This document shows, one piece after another, positions 60,962 to 64,000 of a stretch of 64,000 nucleotides of DNA. Source of the DNA: an uncultured Acidimicrobiaceae bacterium. Lineage in GTDB: Bacteria; Actinomycetota; Acidimicrobiia; Acidimicrobiales; RAAP-2. Both the position numbers and the translations under genes were made by a program. Below the pieces are notes generated by a model. The model did not search any database. It saw only the letters and a program-made list of their open reading frames with translations, and was not told the origin of the DNA. How positions within the stretch are numbered: position 1 is the first letter of the stretch; the number at the start of each line of letters is the position of its first letter. Where the stretch lies: NCBI GenBank assembly GCA_963724865.1, contig CAVRWO010000005.1:197885-261884 (forward strand). The letters run 5' to 3'.

Positions 60962-61210
60962 ATGACCAAGACCATTGCCCGGCGGGAGTTACGCAACAAC
61001 AACGCCCACGTGATCGACGCCGTGGTGTCCGGCGATTCCTTCATCGTCACGCGCAACGGCGTCCCGGTGGCCGAACTCGGCCCAATTCGCAGCCCGCGTC
61101 GGAACTTCGTCGCGAAAAGTGACCTTTTCGCAGTCGCCTCCCACGGACCGCACATCGACTTCGCGCAGTTTCGATCTGACCTTGACCGCGTCATTGACCA
61201 GGTCCTCTAG
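60962..61210 (+). CDS. Phd/YefM-family antitoxin
   Basis: KTIARRELRNN..VIDAVVSGDSFIVTRNGVPVAELGP. Confidence 0.88.
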   Translation: MTKTIARRELRNNNAHVIDAVVSGDSFIVTRNGVPVAELGPIRSPRRNFVAKSDLFAVASHGPHIDFAQFRSDLDRVIDQVL

Positions 61211-61609
61211 ATGCCTTCTGTCGGTCTGCTCGATACGTCGATCGTCATCGACTGGGATGACCGCGACGTCGTCACGGCGCTCCCAAACGAAATCGCAATC
61301 AGCGCGATCACTCTGGCTGAATTGACCGCCGGTCCCCGCCTGGCTTCGACGAGTGCCGAGAGCGCACGCCGCCAAGCTCGGCTGCAACAGGTTGAAGCGA
61401 CCTTCGACCCGATTCCGTTCGACGCGGGAGCCGCCCGAAGCTTGGGACAAGTCGTGGTCGCGATATCCGACGCGGGCCGCTCTCACCGGAGCCGTATCGC
61501 GGACCTGCTCATCGCCGCCACCGCGCACGCCAATGGGCTCGCGCTGTACACACGTAATCCGCACGACTTCGCCGGTCTCGAAGACCTCATCGAAGTTATT
61601 GGCGTGTAG
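61211..61609 (+). CDS. vapC: VapC PIN-domain toxin
   Basis: LLDTSIVID, SAITLAEL, DLLIAATA, LYTRNPHDF acidic PIN residues. Confidence 0.9.
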   Translation: MPSVGLLDTSIVIDWDDRDVVTALPNEIAISAITLAELTAGPRLASTSAESARRQARLQQVEATFDPIPFDAGAARSLGQVVVAISDAGRSHRSRIADLLIAATAHANGLALYTRNPHDFAGLEDLIEVIGV

Positions 61610-61644
61610 CTGGCACGCGGCGCGACTCTCTACACTCGTCATCA

Positions 61645-62076
61645 ATGAGTTTCAACTTTCGCAGTGACAAGGCGGTGACGCGTGAGGCCACTGCTGACGA
61701 GATGATGCCCGTGCTGAGACCGGGAAACGTCGTCTTCACGTCCTCGGACCCGGAGAGGCTCCGGGAGTTCTGGGCCGCATTGACCGGCTACGAGCCGCGG
61801 CCTCTTCCCGGGACGTTCTTGGGACTGCGCGACCCCTCTGGTCGGGGACCGCACCTGACGTTTCAGCGCTCCGACGTCGATGATGTTCCTGTCGTCGGTC
61901 GGTGTCACATTGACTTCTACGCCGATGATCCTGACGACGTTGCAGAGCGGGCCCTCCAGCTCGGCGGCGACTTCGTGCGCAGAGCGAGCGAAGGTGATGT
62001 CCGTTGGGTAGTGCTGACCGATCCCGAGGGAAACGAGTTCTGCGTCGTCATATCCGGCCCGGATCGAACTCCCTAG
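61645..62076 (+). CDS. VOC/glyoxalase-family protein
   Basis: DPERLREFWAALTG, HLTFQR, HIDF, WVVLTDPEGNEFCV. Confidence 0.85.
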   Translation: MSFNFRSDKAVTREATADEMMPVLRPGNVVFTSSDPERLREFWAALTGYEPRPLPGTFLGLRDPSGRGPHLTFQRSDVDDVPVVGRCHIDFYADDPDDVAERALQLGGDFVRRASEGDVRWVVLTDPEGNEFCVVISGPDRTP

Positions 62077-62101
62077 CGACGGTCCTTCAAAGGATCACGA
62101 T

Positions 62102-62347
62102 ATGAAGCACGCAGGAGAAGAAGCGCTAGACCGCCTTGAACCGTTCTTGAATGAGCTCCGTGCAGTCGAAGGACTGGTGGAGAAGAAGCGAGGCGTCTTC
62201 TATCGAAAGTCGGTCGCCTTTCTCCACTTCCATGAAGATCCCGCGGGCCTCTTCGTCGATGTTCGGTTGGGACCCGACTTTGAGCGCTACCGCGTCGAGA
62301 CGAGCAGCGAGCGTTCAAGGTTGATCAAGATGATCCGGGCGCTCTGA
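62102..62347 (+). CDS. Small hypothetical protein
   Basis: AAGGA RBS, globular composition, coding-like codon pattern; FLHFHED motif. Confidence 0.6.
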   Translation: MKHAGEEALDRLEPFLNELRAVEGLVEKKRGVFYRKSVAFLHFHEDPAGLFVDVRLGPDFERYRVETSSERSRLIKMIRAL

Positions 62348-62379
62348 TCGTGGCTCGTGACGATCAAGGAGGTTCGCAA

Positions 62380-62423
62380 TGCGAGACCGCCGACCACGCA
62401 CGAGAGTTGTCGGCGGTCTCGCA
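62380..62423. terminator. Perfect 15-bp hairpin between convergent genes
   Basis: TGCGAGACCGCCGAC-N14-GTCGGCGGTCTCGCA; no U-tract. Confidence 0.55.
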
Positions 62424-62468
62424 GTCAAGCGCGGCTCGGAAGGTCAGCCGGAGACGAAACGATGTTGA

Positions 62469-63101
62469 CTAGTACGAAATCCCCGAGCTTGGCGGCGACG
62501 TCGTGGTCGTCGTGCTGCCCGTTCCGCCCGTCGAGCCAGTCCCACCGGACGGGCCAGTGGCACCCGTTGAGCCCGAACCACCCGAGCTGCCCGTCCCGCT
62601 TGTCTCCGTGGGCGGCGTATGGGGGCTGACGGGGTTGACTGACCGCCACCGTCCACCGAAGGCAGTGATGTTTCCGTTCACCTGACCCGGCGCCTTGTCG
62701 CCGACGAAGCGGTACAGCGGTATTCCTTCGTAGGTGACCTGGTGCGTCCCGTTCGCGCGCATGATCTCGCCAAGACCCTTCACACCGACACTGTCGGGCG
62801 CCTTCTGCCCAGCGGTCAAGAGCACCGGTGGCCAGTCGACCGCGCACTGCCCGGTGCAGTTGCTCTTGTTCTTAGCGTCCTTCGCGAAGGCGTAAACGGT
62901 GTCACCGTTCTTCAACGTGAGTGTCGGTCCCCACGAGGCGTTCTTCGTCACCTTCAACGTTGTGGGTACCGCGCTCGCGCTGCTCGCGAGCGACAGCACG
63001 GTCGCCGCCAGGACGGCGGCACCACCTACCGTAATGATGGCGACCGCGGTCTTTCGGCGCGAGCGTCGACGACCGCGCACTATTGATGACGTGTTTCTCA
63101 T
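62469..63101 (-). CDS. Secreted protein with Yx(F/W/Y)xxD repeats (COG4315-like)
   Basis: TVYAFAKD..C...C...WPPV and PLYRFVGDKAPGQVNG repeats; signal peptide; G/S/T tail. Confidence 0.78.
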   Translation of the reverse strand: MRNTSSIVRGRRRSRRKTAVAIITVGGAAVLAATVLSLASSASAVPTTLKVTKNASWGPTLTLKNGDTVYAFAKDAKNKSNCTGQCAVDWPPVLLTAGQKAPDSVGVKGLGEIMRANGTHQVTYEGIPLYRFVGDKAPGQVNGNITAFGGRWRSVNPVSPHTPPTETSGTGSSGGSGSTGATGPSGGTGSTGGTGSTTTTTSPPSSGISY

Positions 63102-63299
63102 TCCTTATCGATCTCCTTGTCGCGGCGTCTCGTGTGCGATAACGCCCGAGTTGGAATACTGATGGCTCGCAATTTTGCTCAACGACTTGTCGTCGCCAAC
63201 ATAAGAATTGCGAGTCGCCATGAGGGGAACGTGACGAGCGCTTGATGCAAAGACCGTGCCGTGAGTTGAGGCGTTGTGGGGAGCCGTTCGGGCAATGAA

Positions 63300-63330
63300 A
63301 CAGCCGACCACTCAGAGAGTGGTCGGCTGT
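63300..63330 (-). terminator. Intrinsic terminator downstream of the GH1 gene
   Basis: ACAGCCGACCACTC-AGA-GAGTGGTCGGCTGT stem; on the minus strand the stem ends in T and continues TTCATT. Confidence 0.65.
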
Positions 63331-63387
63331 TTGCTCACATGGTCGAAGTAGTCGCCGGGTGGGGAGAGCACCTTCGCCAGTGATCTG

Positions 63388-64000
63388 TCAGCTACTGCCT
63401 TCAGAAGTTGCGTACTCGACGGAGTTTGACTCGATCGTGTCGCGATACCACTTGAAGCTCTCCTTACGCAGACGGTCCCCCGTGGGAAAGTCCACCCAGA
63501 TGATGCCAAAGCGTCGCGAGTAGCCGTAGGCCCATTCAAAGTTGTCAAGGAGACTCCACACGAAGTAACCCTGGACGTTGACGCCGGCGTCGATGGCGTC
63601 GTGCACGGCCGAGATGTGTTCTTGCAGATAGGCGACGCGATTGTGATCGAGGACGTGACCGTTGGGGTCAACGTAGTCGTCAAACGCGGCACCATTCTCC
63701 GTGATGTAAATGGGAAGTTTCGTGTACTCGTCGCGAATGCGCATCAGCAGCGAGGTGAGTCCCGAGGCGTGGATTTCCCAGTCCATCGCGGTCTTGTCAC
63801 GGCCCGGCGTTTCGAGCGAGCGGATCCGCAGATCTGGGAACTCCTCGCCGGTGGCGACGAAATAGCCCGCGACGCGGGCTTCTGCGGCACGCGTCTCATC
63901 TACAACCGTCGAAGGGAAGTAGTAGTTCACGCCGAGAAAGTCGAGGGGCTGAGCGATCACGCCGAGATCGCCGTCGCGCACGACCGAAAGTCCGGGCTCT
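63388..64000 (-). CDS. Glycoside hydrolase family 1 beta-glucosidase (3' part; starts beyond the window)
   Basis: DFLGVNYY, PIYITENG (nucleophile), GYFVWSLLDNFEWAYGYSRRFGI. Confidence 0.93.
   Translation of the reverse strand, partial: EPGLSVVRDGDLGVIAQPLDFLGVNYYFPSTVVDETRAAEARVAGYFVATGEEFPDLRIRSLETPGRDKTAMDWEIHASGLTSLLMRIRDEYTKLPIYITENGAAFDDYVDPNGHVLDHNRVAYLQEHISAVHDAIDAGVNVQGYFVWSLLDNFEWAYGYSRRFGIIWVDFPTGDRLRKESFKWYRDTIESNSVEYATSEGSS

Overview
High-GC Actinomycetota DNA. The dnaK-grpE-dnaJ-hspR order supports the phylum; Acidimicrobiia-like is an inference. About 1-17.8 kb is core chromosome: purA, a five-gene dnaK-grpE-dnaJ-hspR-clpB operon, gpmA, chromate transporter, amt-glnK, an EtfD/FadF-like Fe-S oxidoreductase, dcd, an ABC exporter and MscS. 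A tRNA-Gly(CCC) gene at 17829-17902 starts the accessory region. Its 3' half recurs three more times downstream (19725, 23126, 26268), cutting 8.4 kb into three small islets. Each islet has a different type II toxin-antitoxin pair next to the downstream att-like copy, and no integrase is visible. This is the strongest candidate for an undescribed system. Next come a large secreted protein and an ArsR-controlled Ehr (hydrogenase-related, no Ni ligands) operon. A 14-kb amine/N-compound catabolic cluster follows (SSADH, ThDP enzyme, cupin, NIPSNAP, LysR, APC permease, GABA:pyruvate-type aminotransferase, four-subunit Mo hydroxylase, alanine dehydrogenase), tied together by four copies of a 42-bp motif. 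The last part holds an orphan amino acid:carrier-protein ligase, a GH26-repeat-OmpA-like surface protein, a cyclase-NTPase-TPR protein, AraC/methyltransferase, a Phd-VapC pair and a truncated GH1 beta-glucosidase. All family calls come from motif recognition by eye; no database searches were run.
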